Part shown: one piece after another, positions 33,549-42,558 of the stretch
How positions within the stretch are numbered: position 1 is the stretch's first letter
How the letters are laid out: each line of letters begins with the position of its first letter
Assembly: GCA_050014195.1 (NCBI GenBank)
Contig: JBEKDT010000008.1
Coordinates: forward strand, 1-64,000
DNA: 64,000 nucleotides
Direction of reading: 5' to 3'
Source: Desulfomonilia bacterium
Lineage (GTDB): Bacteria; Desulfobacterota; Desulfomonilia; UBA1062
Program-made: the position numbers and the translations under genes
Notes under the pieces: model-generated
Database searches by the model: none
Told to the model about the DNA's origin: nothing
The model's input: only the letters and a program-made list of their open reading frames with translations

Positions 33549-33923
33549 ATGGATACTTTTGTGGGTTTTGGAGAATTCTTTAAAAAGATGAGAATGAAGA
33601 CTGGATTAACTCTACGTCAATTCTGTATGCAAAATGATCTTGATCCAGGGAACATTAGTAAAATTGAACGTGGTCTTGCACCACCACCTAGTTCAAAGAA
33701 AAATCTTGAAAAATATGCAGACCTACTCAAACTTAAAAAAAACAGTGATGATTGGTATACTTTTTTCGATCTTGCATCAGCATGTTCTGGTAAAATACCT
33801 CCAGACATGATGGATAATAATGAATTAGTTCAAAAGCTCCCATTAGTTTTTAGAACCCTTCGAGGTCAGAGTGTGCCACCTGATAAGCTTGATGAACTTA
33901 TTAAGTTAATTCGGAGATCTTAG
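33549..33923 (+). CDS. XRE-family HTH transcriptional regulator
   Basis: FGEFFKKMRMKTGLTLRQFC..DPGNISKIERG. Confidence 0.9.
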   Translation: MDTFVGFGEFFKKMRMKTGLTLRQFCMQNDLDPGNISKIERGLAPPPSSKKNLEKYADLLKLKKNSDDWYTFFDLASACSGKIPPDMMDNNELVQKLPLVFRTLRGQSVPPDKLDELIKLIRRS

Positions 33924-34555
33924 TGTCATTATTGAAGGTTGAATATTTATCTTATGATCAAATAGCAAGAGCCGCCGATGATTTTCTGGAAGAGAGATCT
34001 ATAACGGAAGTACCGGTAGATATCGAAAGAATTATTGAATATGACTTAAGACTTGATATCATTACCATCCCTGGCTTATTTAAGAATTTCGATATTGACG
34101 GCTTCATCACTGGTGATTTTTCAGCAATCTATGTGGACGAATCCATCTACACAAACAGGCCGAATAGATATAGGTTCACACTTGCTCATGAGTTAGGCCA
34201 TTACGTACTACATAAAGAGATCCTAGGACAGGTGCCCATTACCTCAATATCTGAATGGAAAAGATACCAAGCGAATCTTAGCCCGAATGACAGATCCACA
34301 ATAGAGTTTCAGGGATATGCCTTTGGTGGATTATTGTTGGTTCCTAGACATCATCTGCAAAAGCATTTCGATGCTAATTTACCTGAAATTCAACCACTGA
34401 TAAAAAAAGCAGTGAGGGAAAGAATTCACAGAAGTAATTACTTAGACTATGCCTTAGAACATCTTGCAACAATATTAGCACCAATTTTTGAAGTATCAGT
34501 GGATGTTATTTCCCGAAGAATTAAAAAGGACAACCTGCATGAAGATATTCCTTAA
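33923..34555 (+). CDS. ImmA/IrrE family metallopeptidase
   Basis: VPVDIERI, RYRFTLAHELGH (HExxH), EFQG..F...LLVP. Confidence 0.9.
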   Translation: MSLLKVEYLSYDQIARAADDFLEERSITEVPVDIERIIEYDLRLDIITIPGLFKNFDIDGFITGDFSAIYVDESIYTNRPNRYRFTLAHELGHYVLHKEILGQVPITSISEWKRYQANLSPNDRSTIEFQGYAFGGLLLVPRHHLQKHFDANLPEIQPLIKKAVRERIHRSNYLDYALEHLATILAPIFEVSVDVISRRIKKDNLHEDIP

Positions 34556-34665
34556 CACAAATTCGATTTACTCAATTCTGTAGAATATAAACCATTGACA
34601 ATCTTTAATTAGGGTATACTATATTATTTGCTCATTATGATCTGATCTAAAGGGGAGGTGATACC

Positions 34666-35157
34666 ATGAAAATCTCCATTGCCACTATTCTGATGTTCGT
34701 ACTGGTCGCTGTATTCTCATTAGCCTGGGCTGATGATTACACTGAGCAATCTGTAGGAAACATGGACTATGTCAATGGGCCAAATGGTTATCATGGGACC
34801 GGACAGAAAATCGGGAACATGTATTACTATAACGATAACCAGGGTAACCGCACCACTACACAATCCATAGGCCCGTTCGACTATACCAATGGGACGACCA
34901 CAACAAACAAGAATAGCAATAGCAACAGCTTATTCCCAACTACTACGAAACCATACAACTCCACTGGTCAACAGATAGGAAATATGTATTATCATCAGGA
35001 CAACCAGGGTGAAAGCTCTACGACACAATCCATCGGCCCATTTGATTATACCACGGGAAACAAAGGATATTCAGGGCAGGGCCAGCAGATAGGGAACACC
35101 TACTATTACCACGACAACAAAAAGAAATCGAATCTCATGGATGCCGAAGAAAAATAA
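34666..35157 (+). CDS. Secreted protein with internal beta-type repeats
   Basis: Signal peptide; GQxIGNMYYYxDNQG..TTQSIGPFDYT repeated; GGAGG RBS. Confidence 0.75.
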   Translation: MKISIATILMFVLVAVFSLAWADDYTEQSVGNMDYVNGPNGYHGTGQKIGNMYYYNDNQGNRTTTQSIGPFDYTNGTTTTNKNSNSNSLFPTTTKPYNSTGQQIGNMYYHQDNQGESSTTQSIGPFDYTTGNKGYSGQGQQIGNTYYYHDNKKKSNLMDAEEK

Positions 35158-35196
35158 TACAAATGAGACTTACATAATTTATACATAGTAATTTTA

Positions 35197-35820
35197 TTAT
35201 TTCTTGGGTTTCCATTCTCTTGCTAACTTCTGAGCTTCTGCTATTTGGTCAGGTGTCATATCTCGTTCAAGGTCGGTTCTTATATCGGAAGCACTAGGTT
35301 CCTTGTCATCTTTTTGACCTGGTAAATCTGATTGAGAAGCGGCTAGGTTTAACCACATATAAGCTAAAACATAATCTTTAGGTAACCCTTTACCTATAGC
35401 ATATGACATCCCAAGGAACTTCTGTGCATCTGCAACTCCTTTGTTGGCTGCTCTTTTATACCAGTATACCGCTATTTGATCATTTTTTTGAACACCTGCT
35501 CCAGCAGAGTACATCCTACCAATTGCATATTGGGCAAAAGTATCGCCTCCATGTTTAGCTGAGGCATTAGAAGCTTTCTGATACCAGGTCATAGCGTTTT
35601 TATAATCTTTTGGGACTCCCAAGCCATCATGATACATAGTCCCAATTAAACTTTGGGCATCACCATCTCCTTTCTCTGCAAGAGGTATCAATTTAATCAT
35701 TGCAGCTTGGTAATCCCCATTTAGATAAGTTTTAAAAAAGATATCTTCATAATCATCACATCTAGACACACTCGGAAATATCAGTAAAAGTAGAGTAATT
35801 AGAATGACTGCCTTCTTCAT
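35197..35820 (-). CDS. Secreted Sel1-repeat protein
   Basis: AQSLIGTMYHDGLGVPKDY, AQYAIGRMY, DYVLAYMWLNLAA, MTPDQIAEAQKLAREW. Confidence 0.9.
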   Translation of the reverse strand: MKKAVILITLLLLIFPSVSRCDDYEDIFFKTYLNGDYQAAMIKLIPLAEKGDGDAQSLIGTMYHDGLGVPKDYKNAMTWYQKASNASAKHGGDTFAQYAIGRMYSAGAGVQKNDQIAVYWYKRAANKGVADAQKFLGMSYAIGKGLPKDYVLAYMWLNLAASQSDLPGQKDDKEPSASDIRTDLERDMTPDQIAEAQKLAREWKPKK

Positions 35821-35985
35821 TGACCCCCCCCTCATTAGTACAAGGCTGCAATTCAAAGGTGAAATGATCGAAATACAATTATAATCCTATTGTGCTTATA
35901 GGGGGTAGTCTTTTGTTTCATATAGGACGTTTTTAACTATGATAATCCTTGATTATAGCATAATAGTGAATATATAATATCGGAG

Positions 35986-36408
35986 ATGACACACCAGAAT
36001 CAGATGGTGAGAGTTGCAGAAATGATTGCTTCTGGAGAGTCTCAGCTTGCAATTTCGCGTGCTACCGGCATCTCGCAACCGACCATATCAAGACTCGTCA
36101 ATAACAATGAAACAGTCAAAGCCCTTATAGAATCTATCCGAGAAAGAGCTATCACAGAATGCGCTGAAACCTCGTTCCAGAATATCAAGGGGATCATTTC
36201 TAGCACTGAAAAAGAAGACAAAGAGTTGCGGCTTAAATATTCTGCGAAGATGCTTGAATCTATAGGTGTGCTTCCGTCACACACACAGGCTGCAATTACG
36301 CTTAATGTATTCCAGCAAAATAATGATATCCACCTCGATCAAGCCGCAGATCTTGCGCTTAAGCACCTTGGTATAGACTCGACCAGGGTGATAGACGATG
36401 AGGATTGA
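35986..36408 (+). CDS. N-terminal HTH protein, possibly small-terminase-like
   Basis: GESQLAISRATGISQPTISRL HTH followed by a helical region and a short beta-tail. Confidence 0.6.
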   Translation: MTHQNQMVRVAEMIASGESQLAISRATGISQPTISRLVNNNETVKALIESIRERAITECAETSFQNIKGIISSTEKEDKELRLKYSAKMLESIGVLPSHTQAAITLNVFQQNNDIHLDQAADLALKHLGIDSTRVIDDED

Positions 36409-36542
36409 TTCATTGTGTCCCTCTCTGGCAATCAGTGAAGCATGTGCGGGTAGGGGGTTTATCCTTCCATATGAGAAGGGACCTATTACATTCATACGAT
36501 CCCATACAGATACCCCTACTACACCTGGTATATATAAGTATA

Positions 36543-36730
36543 GTGAGGTGGGGCTCACTCGAACGGAAAAGAAAAGGGATTTTTGCCTGATTTGCCGAAA
36601 ACCTTTTGATGGTGAGGATTTTCACCATATTTAGGGTGCTGATTCGGGTGAGGTTTTGCACCATGTCAAACTGGCCTTTTTGTTGTTTCGGGTGAGGTGG
36701 GGCTCACTTGTCGGGTGAGGTGGGACTCAC
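36543..36730. repeat. Five iteron-like repeats (putative replication origin)
   Basis: GTGAGGTGGG(G/A)CTCAC at 36543, 36692 and 36715; variants GGTGAGGATTTTCACC at 36611 and GGTGAGGTTTTGCACC at 36647. Confidence 0.7.
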
Positions 36731-37232
36731 TCGATAATTTGCTTTTCCTTGTTTCATTAAATCTCTTCAGGCTATCGTTGTAAGATATCTTTGCGGGTAT
36801 CTCGGGTTTCACGAAGTAAGGAGTCCCATAATGTTGCCAGTCATCAACCAGCATATAGAGTGTAGGTACACGCTCACCCTGAAGGGTACCGCCTGGTTTC
36901 TCTACTCTCAGAAAGCCATGAGCTATGAGTTGCACAATGCAGTCATTGAATGTCCGTCTGTTAATGTCCCATAAATTTTCCGCTTCATTATAGGTGAAAA
37001 TGAGACCGCGGTTATCATATATCCGCTTGGTATTCTGTCGTTTTCCATCTTTATGCCAAGATCTACGGCACAGAAAGAGCATCAAAACAAACTTTGAGGT
37101 ATGGCTTAATTTGATGAATGCCGCCGAACGAAGCATTTTGCGAGGCATTCTAACATCCAAGTCATGATTGTTTTTCTTGTCTTTGTCTTTCCACCCATAG
37201 CGGGTGAGAGTTTCAGTATCAGGAGCTTGCAT
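36666..37232 (-). CDS. Putative winged-helix replication initiator
   Basis: LRSAAFIKLSHTSKFVL..FTYNEA..INRRTF..QLIAHGFL..G..PTLY; iterons at its 3' end. Confidence 0.65.
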   Translation of the reverse strand: MQAPDTETLTRYGWKDKDKKNNHDLDVRMPRKMLRSAAFIKLSHTSKFVLMLFLCRRSWHKDGKRQNTKRIYDNRGLIFTYNEAENLWDINRRTFNDCIVQLIAHGFLRVEKPGGTLQGERVPTLYMLVDDWQHYGTPYFVKPEIPAKISYNDSLKRFNETRKSKLSSESHLTRQVSPTSPETTKRPV

Positions 37233-37401
37233 GGTGCCCTCCGTCTGATGCTTCCATCATGAGCATCAGCACGATCTTTGCTTCATCGGTCAAAGTGCGA
37301 TATGCCAAGGACCTTTTCATGTCATCAGGTATGGGAATCTCGCGCTCTAACCATTCCCGCTTTTCGCTTATTGTTTTGAGGTTATCAGGGGGCCTAATCA
37401 T
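37219..37401 (-). CDS. Small protein resembling the N-terminus of the adjacent rep-like gene
   Basis: IPDDMKRSLAYRTLTDEAKIVLML vs MPRKMLRSAAFIKLSHTSKFVLML; overlapping coupled ORFs. Confidence 0.55.
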   Translation of the reverse strand: MIRPPDNLKTISEKREWLEREIPIPDDMKRSLAYRTLTDEAKIVLMLMMEASDGGHHASS

Positions 37402-37753
37402 TGCGGGGTGCCTCCTGGGGGTATACCTTCATACCACCCTCAGCATCCAAGGTTGAAAAATATACTGCCGGTGGTGTTCCTGGACAAAATGAAGGGGGTT
37501 CCTGCTTACTTCCCCTGAACAGATACAACGAGCAAGTACCGTTCAGGCATTGCCGAACCTCTGAGGGTTGATTGCTACAACACCATAGGCAGTATGCCCG
37601 GATTGCTTTATTCCGTGCCTTGGGGTTCTGTTTGCCCTTACCCGTTCTATAGGGGAACAGGAGACAGGTCTTTATAAGGCACCCATTTACTTCCTTTGTG
37701 CTCCAGGCTGAACAATTCAGACATTTCTCTCGGATTGCTTGCCTTCTATTCAT
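37394..37753 (-). CDS. Cys-rich protein with two tandem C4 zinc-finger-like units
   Basis: AIRxxCLxC-x6-EVxxC-x4-CxLxxxR occurs twice. Confidence 0.7.
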   Translation of the reverse strand: MNRRQAIREKCLNCSAWSTKEVNGCLIKTCLLFPYRTGKGKQNPKARNKAIRAYCLWCCSNQPSEVRQCLNGTCSLYLFRGSKQEPPSFCPGTPPAVYFSTLDAEGGMKVYPQEAPRND

Positions 37754-37755
37754 TG

Positions 37756-38001
37756 CTACCTCTTTGTAGCATCCGTTGCACTGGTACTAGTGAAGGTGGG
37801 CAATGATAAGATGAACGCTTCTAAGTCGGATCGTCTATATCTGATTGACCTTCCTATGCGAGTGAAGGGGATTTTGAGCCGTCCATAGATTCGGTCCTGC
37901 TCGACCGATGAAACGCCCATACCGAGAAATTCGGCTGCCTCTTTGGTGTTGAGTAATTCCTTTTTTGACTGGTACACAGGATTTGTGAAAGCCATGCTCA
38001 A
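37756..38001 (-). CDS. Excisionase/AlpA-like HTH protein
   Basis: LLNTKEAAEFLG..IPFTRIGRSIRYRRSDLEAFI; AAGGAGG RBS. Confidence 0.88.
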   Translation of the reverse strand: MSMAFTNPVYQSKKELLNTKEAAEFLGMGVSSVEQDRIYGRLKIPFTRIGRSIRYRRSDLEAFILSLPTFTSTSATDATKR

Positions 38002-38098
38002 GCCTCCTTTTGTTGTGTGGTGGGTTTGTATTGTGGCTTGAGCAATATCAGATTAGATATGGCAAACAGCTAGCTACGTGCCAAGAAAATGAACAGAG

Positions 38099-38941
38099 TT
38101 AATTTATTGTTTCTTTGTACTCTTTAACGTATGTCCTGAAGGTTCGAAATTTTATATAGAAATCTATGTCTCCATCTTCCACATGAAGATACTCACCTTC
38201 CGTATCTGATTCAAAAGTAATATTATATTTACCTGGTACTGAATACTTTTTCTTGAAACGATCCCACAAGGCTTGAGCACTTAATGATCTTCCTTTATCT
38301 ACTTCCTCGATTGCCCTGAAAATAACAGCTCCCTTTACTGCGCGTTGTTTATTTTTGCTACTGCCGGCGTTATGCTCCCTAAGACTTTCTTTGGTCAATT
38401 CAAGCTCTTTGATATTAAGCATGTAACTCTTGATAATTTCTTGTTCTTGGGGTGTATTAGGTGTTTCCAGATCAGCATATGTCTTATGATATATATCCCC
38501 ATTCTTTTTATAATAGTTAGATGCCTCATTCAGCCAATATATGGCTAGGACGCCATGTTTTAAGGCACGATAGATAATACCTGTGTTTCTGCCTTCTTGA
38601 TCTACATCTTCCTTGATGGGAAACAATTCATTGATAACTGTTGTCTCAGATTTTCCTGAGGTCCACATAGGACACAAATCACCTGGCCGCCAGGTTTTAT
38701 GTACTTCAGTCTCGTTCAGCTTCTTGATAATCTGATTACATGTAGCTTTTATGTCTTCAGTTCCATCCAACATCTTGAATAATTGATTGTATATCTCTAT
38801 AGGCAAGAGAGTTAAGAGTATGTCTCTGACTTGCTTCTCCCAGCCTTCGATTCCCAGGCCCATCCAGTCAGGCTCTGTCCAGGCATCAAGGTCATCGGTG
38901 ATGTCATCAGTAAAGTCATTAGGTGGTTTACCCATAAGCAA
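38099..38941 (-). CDS. Hypothetical protein between int and xis
   Basis: 280-aa AT-rich ORF co-oriented with int and xis; no motif recognised. Confidence 0.6.
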   Translation of the reverse strand: MLMGKPPNDFTDDITDDLDAWTEPDWMGLGIEGWEKQVRDILLTLLPIEIYNQLFKMLDGTEDIKATCNQIIKKLNETEVHKTWRPGDLCPMWTSGKSETTVINELFPIKEDVDQEGRNTGIIYRALKHGVLAIYWLNEASNYYKKNGDIYHKTYADLETPNTPQEQEIIKSYMLNIKELELTKESLREHNAGSSKNKQRAVKGAVIFRAIEEVDKGRSLSAQALWDRFKKKYSVPGKYNITFESDTEGEYLHVEDGDIDFYIKFRTFRTYVKEYKETIN

Positions 38942-38969
38942 TTCCCCTCTTGCTTCCCCTTACTAAGAA

Positions 38970-39024
38970 CCATGGCCAGGGCAATGGGGATATTGCCTTT
39001 TCGGTTCGTCAACCTAGGCCATGG
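38970..39024 (-). ncRNA. int-alpA-like structured RNA motif
   Basis: CCAUGGCCUAG-GUUGACGAAC-CGAAAAG-GCAAU..AUUGC-CCUGGCCAUGG multi-stem directly 3' of the integrase; match to the motif is from memory. Confidence 0.65.
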
Positions 39025-39036
39025 ATATGTGATATT

Positions 39037-40269
39037 CTATGCCCTGATCGGGATAACCTTGCCCCTTGTCTCTTTGATTAGGCAAGCCTTCATGATCCTG
39101 TCTGTAACCCTCTGCATGGGCGCTCTAAGCTGTTCAGTCGAAATGATAAGATAACCGGCGGTTACATCATTGCCGGTGTAGTGATTCAAGAGACGCTTCA
39201 AGACGGCATAGCTGACTTCCTGTTCTGCAATGCTGGTGAAAGTCCTTCTCAGGTCATGGAGGCAGAAATCTACCTTGGACATTTCAATCACTGCCTCAAC
39301 TGCGCGTTTAAGCTCTATGAGGTGTTCCTTGCGTTTAAGCTCAGTTAGGTTTTTCTTTGATCCTTGTCCCGGGAAGACCCATTCATTCTCTCTTAATGCA
39401 AGCCTTCGGTTGAATATGTCAAAGAGAGTGTTGGACATGGGCAGGGTGTGCTCCTTGTGATTCTTGGCGATCTCAGCGCGTATGGTGAAGGTCTTATCCT
39501 TCATGTCCACATCCTCCCATTGCAGGGTAAGTATCTCTTGCTCTCTGCATCCTGAGAAGAGAAGGAGGAGTAGGGCGTCACTGGCTATGGGGTTCGAATA
39601 CTTTTTTACAGCATCGTGCCACACCCTCAGTTCATGTTCTTTGATAAGGGTCTGCCTTCTGTTTACCTGAAACCATTGCCTACTTTGTGAAAGCCTCTTG
39701 GTGGGATTCTCGGGCAGGGTTCCATCAGAGATTTCCTGAGCATGATTGTAGATTGCCCTGAAAGTCCTCATAACATTATTTGCTGCAACCGGACTACGTT
39801 CTGACGCTATCTTGAGGTGCCTCTTTGATATGTCATTCTTGCCGATCTCATCAAGAGGCCTGTTCATCCAATCAGAAAGCCACAGATGAAGAAGACAATT
39901 GTAAGTCCTCTTAGTGCCCTCTCTGAGTAAAGGTTTTGAGGTGAAATACTCTTCCATGGCCTTTTTCAAGGTGATACCCCTTATCCGGGCTAGGGCCTTC
40001 TCTCTGTTTGGATTGATACCGTTAGCCATCATGACAAGCTTTTCCCGGGCCTCTTTTCGTGCCTCATCAGGAGTTTTAACGCCATGCTTTCCGATGGTAT
40101 ACCGGATTAATTGCCCGTTCACTCTGCATAGAACAAAATAGATTATGCTACTTTCTGTTACCCGTATGCCGAACCCGGGCAAATCCTCATCGAAGTATTC
40201 AACTCTCTTGTTCCCCTGGGGTGTGGGCAACTTGTCTATGACCGATTTGATGAGCCGGATATTAGCCAT
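39037..40269 (-). CDS. Tyrosine integrase with N-terminal arm-binding domain (P4-like)
   Basis: YFDEDLPGFGIRV arm domain; SGCREQE (R), AKN (K), HDLRRT, LLNH and VTAGY (catalytic Y). Confidence 0.95.
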   Translation of the reverse strand: MANIRLIKSVIDKLPTPQGNKRVEYFDEDLPGFGIRVTESSIIYFVLCRVNGQLIRYTIGKHGVKTPDEARKEAREKLVMMANGINPNREKALARIRGITLKKAMEEYFTSKPLLREGTKRTYNCLLHLWLSDWMNRPLDEIGKNDISKRHLKIASERSPVAANNVMRTFRAIYNHAQEISDGTLPENPTKRLSQSRQWFQVNRRQTLIKEHELRVWHDAVKKYSNPIASDALLLLLFSGCREQEILTLQWEDVDMKDKTFTIRAEIAKNHKEHTLPMSNTLFDIFNRRLALRENEWVFPGQGSKKNLTELKRKEHLIELKRAVEAVIEMSKVDFCLHDLRRTFTSIAEQEVSYAVLKRLLNHYTGNDVTAGYLIISTEQLRAPMQRVTDRIMKACLIKETRGKVIPIRA

Positions 40270-40416
40270 ATATTTGACCTCTCTCCTTCGTGGGTAACAT
40301 ATGGGTAACAGATCGTGCGAAATATGTCAATACTCAACACAAGACATCAATAAGTGATCTTTGTAATATCAGTAAGTTAAATACATATCGTAACACGATA
40401 ATACATAGGCATTTAA

Positions 40417-40459
40417 ACTACGAATCCAAAGGTCGCAGGTTCGAATCCTGCTGGGCGCA
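40417..40459 (+). repeat. attR: duplicated 3' part of tRNA-Arg
   Basis: Identical to 33118-33160. Confidence 0.95.
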
Positions 40460-40797
40460 TAGTTAATTCAATAAGTTACATTCGATAAAACCTTTTTATG
40501 CTTGAATTTGTGATTATATTGTGATTGTTTGAAAATTTCTGTGATTATCACTGATCACAATAAGTGCATTTCATAATCCATTTGGTCGTACATTAATAGT
40601 TGCGTGGTTATGGTAGGGCCTCGCAACTCAGAATAACTGATGATCTTGTGAACAGATCTCCAGAATATTCACTTCGGTTCAAAGCAGACCTGATGGCACG
40701 AAATCAACACATAGGGCATCTTATTTCAAACACCACAGTTTGGCACAAAATCTACGCTCCTTTGATAGAGTAGGATCCACCGTATTTGATTCTGTTG

Positions 40798-41649
40798 TTA
40801 CCCACTCTTCCATTTTCTTTCACCCTTGAATGATCCATATTCGAAACAATAAATAGAATATCCGTCCCTGACACCCCTTAAAAATGTATTCAATGCCAGT
40901 TTGATCAGCAGCTGGCGCGCGGAGAGCCTTGCATACCGGGTGGTTTTGACAAGGATTGAGATCTTCTCTCGCATCCTGTATCCATGCGACAGGAATACAT
41001 TTTCCGGCGAATCGGATGTAATGCATAATGCCGCACCAAACCCCTTGAGCACCTCCTGAAATTTTAAATTGAATTGCCTGAAGCACCTGAGTGTCTGGAG
41101 ATCGCAGAACAGGAGGTGTTCCGGGAAGAGTTCTCTCAAAACCTTGATCAGTTTTGACATGGCCTCCTCGGTTAAATAGATGAATACCCCTTCGATGATA
41201 ATGACCGGCGGCTTGCCGGTACTGAATTGCGACAGGCGCTCAGACAGTGAATCCCCGGTCATATCATGCGGGATCCTGTGCAACGGGTTTGTGCATTCAG
41301 ATACCGGGAGGCATTCATTTTTGTATTCAATCAGCCCCGGATCATCGAGCTCTATCCAAATGCCGCCATTAAACCGGTAAGCCCGGGTATCAAATCCTGC
41401 TCCGATTATGATAACCAGAGATTCCGGATCTCTCTTTAATTCTTCCCTGATCAGGTCGTCAATGATGCGGTGTCTGGTTGCATTGCTTATCTTAGCGTCC
41501 TTGAAGGGTTTGAACCTCTCGAATATTTCATGGCCTTCATTTTTCATGAATACCTTTGCATAGGTATCGTTACACACCGGGTGTTTGCTCTGCGCATCCT
41601 CCATTCGTGCTCCGCAACAGAAATATGCAGTCTTCGACGCAGGTCTCAT
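40798..41649 (-). CDS. Class I SAM-dependent methyltransferase (LCM/TcmP family)
   Basis: SKTAY, RHRIIDD, IIGAGFDTRAYR, IELDDP, IIEGVFIYL. Confidence 0.88.
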   Translation of the reverse strand: MRPASKTAYFCCGARMEDAQSKHPVCNDTYAKVFMKNEGHEIFERFKPFKDAKISNATRHRIIDDLIREELKRDPESLVIIIGAGFDTRAYRFNGGIWIELDDPGLIEYKNECLPVSECTNPLHRIPHDMTGDSLSERLSQFSTGKPPVIIIEGVFIYLTEEAMSKLIKVLRELFPEHLLFCDLQTLRCFRQFNLKFQEVLKGFGAALCITSDSPENVFLSHGYRMREKISILVKTTRYARLSARQLLIKLALNTFLRGVRDGYSIYCFEYGSFKGERKWKSG

Positions 41650-41661
41650 AAAACCTCCTCA

Positions 41662-42177
41662 TCATTTCAATGAGAAACCGAACTCAATCTCACATTTACC
41701 GGTACTGTGCATAAGGCACCCGTTAAACTCCGGGATCATCTTGTAAGGCACTCCTATTCCATCGAGCCAGCCCTGGACCCTTGTGACGATCCCGCACTGA
41801 TAGATGTCTATCATTCCGAACTTCTTAACACCTTCATATGCAAAACATTCATGGAAACCGCCCCGGAACACGTTCTTTTCAGGGAAGTCGTAGTACAGCT
41901 TCATGAACTCTGGTTGTATGAGTTTATACGTCGAGTCGATTATTTCCTTCAGCTCTTCAAAGGTTTGAACAGGCCCACTGCCCCTGCCCATCAACTTCAT
42001 GATTCTTTGTATCTCTATGGCGGTCATTGACTTCACCGCCGCCTTGTTTATTCGGTTAGCCTGTTCGGCGCCCAATTCCTGCAGGCAATGGTAGAACCAC
42101 ATGGCATCGTGAGTCATCCAACCTTTTGAGAAGAATTCGCGGATCCCCTTTTTATCAAGCTGTTCCATCAGGTCCAT
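41662..42177 (-). CDS. Hypothetical protein (DUF6125/V4R-like metal-binding fold)
   Basis: KGWMTHDAMWF, ECFAY, YQCG and C-terminal GC..C. Confidence 0.65.
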   Translation of the reverse strand: MDLMEQLDKKGIREFFSKGWMTHDAMWFYHCLQELGAEQANRINKAAVKSMTAIEIQRIMKLMGRGSGPVQTFEELKEIIDSTYKLIQPEFMKLYYDFPEKNVFRGGFHECFAYEGVKKFGMIDIYQCGIVTRVQGWLDGIGVPYKMIPEFNGCLMHSTGKCEIEFGFSLK

Positions 42178-42558
42178 TGCATCTTCCTTTCATCTTTCAT
42201 TGTGGCCTCATTCGCATTTCATGCATACTGGCATGCAGAAATGTTCGACCCTGATTCATCACAGCCAGCCTCAGAAATTCATGAATAATAGTTCTGTAGT
42301 GCAATCCTAATTCACCTGTCGCCTTAATATAGGATTTTGAGACGAATCCTTTCGGTTGTATCAATATCAGGGAGAAGTGAGGGGTTACCCATTAGTAATA
42401 TAGATTTGACGTGGTCTCTTTAAAAAAAGTGGTCACTCAGAAAGTGCACATACCGTGAGGTTATCTAAGGTCAGCTTGCATTGAATATATCAACTTGAGA
42501 TCTCAGCAAGAGATTATGATGTCCAGAATACAGAGATCTATAAGTACATTTCACTCGG

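Larger units (their letters stand above)
33118..40459. mobile_element. Integrated phage-satellite-like element at tRNA-Arg(ACG)
   Basis: 43-bp perfect direct repeat 33118-33160 / 40417-40459; full integrase, xis, rep-like gene; AT-richer than the atp operon. Confidence 0.9.
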
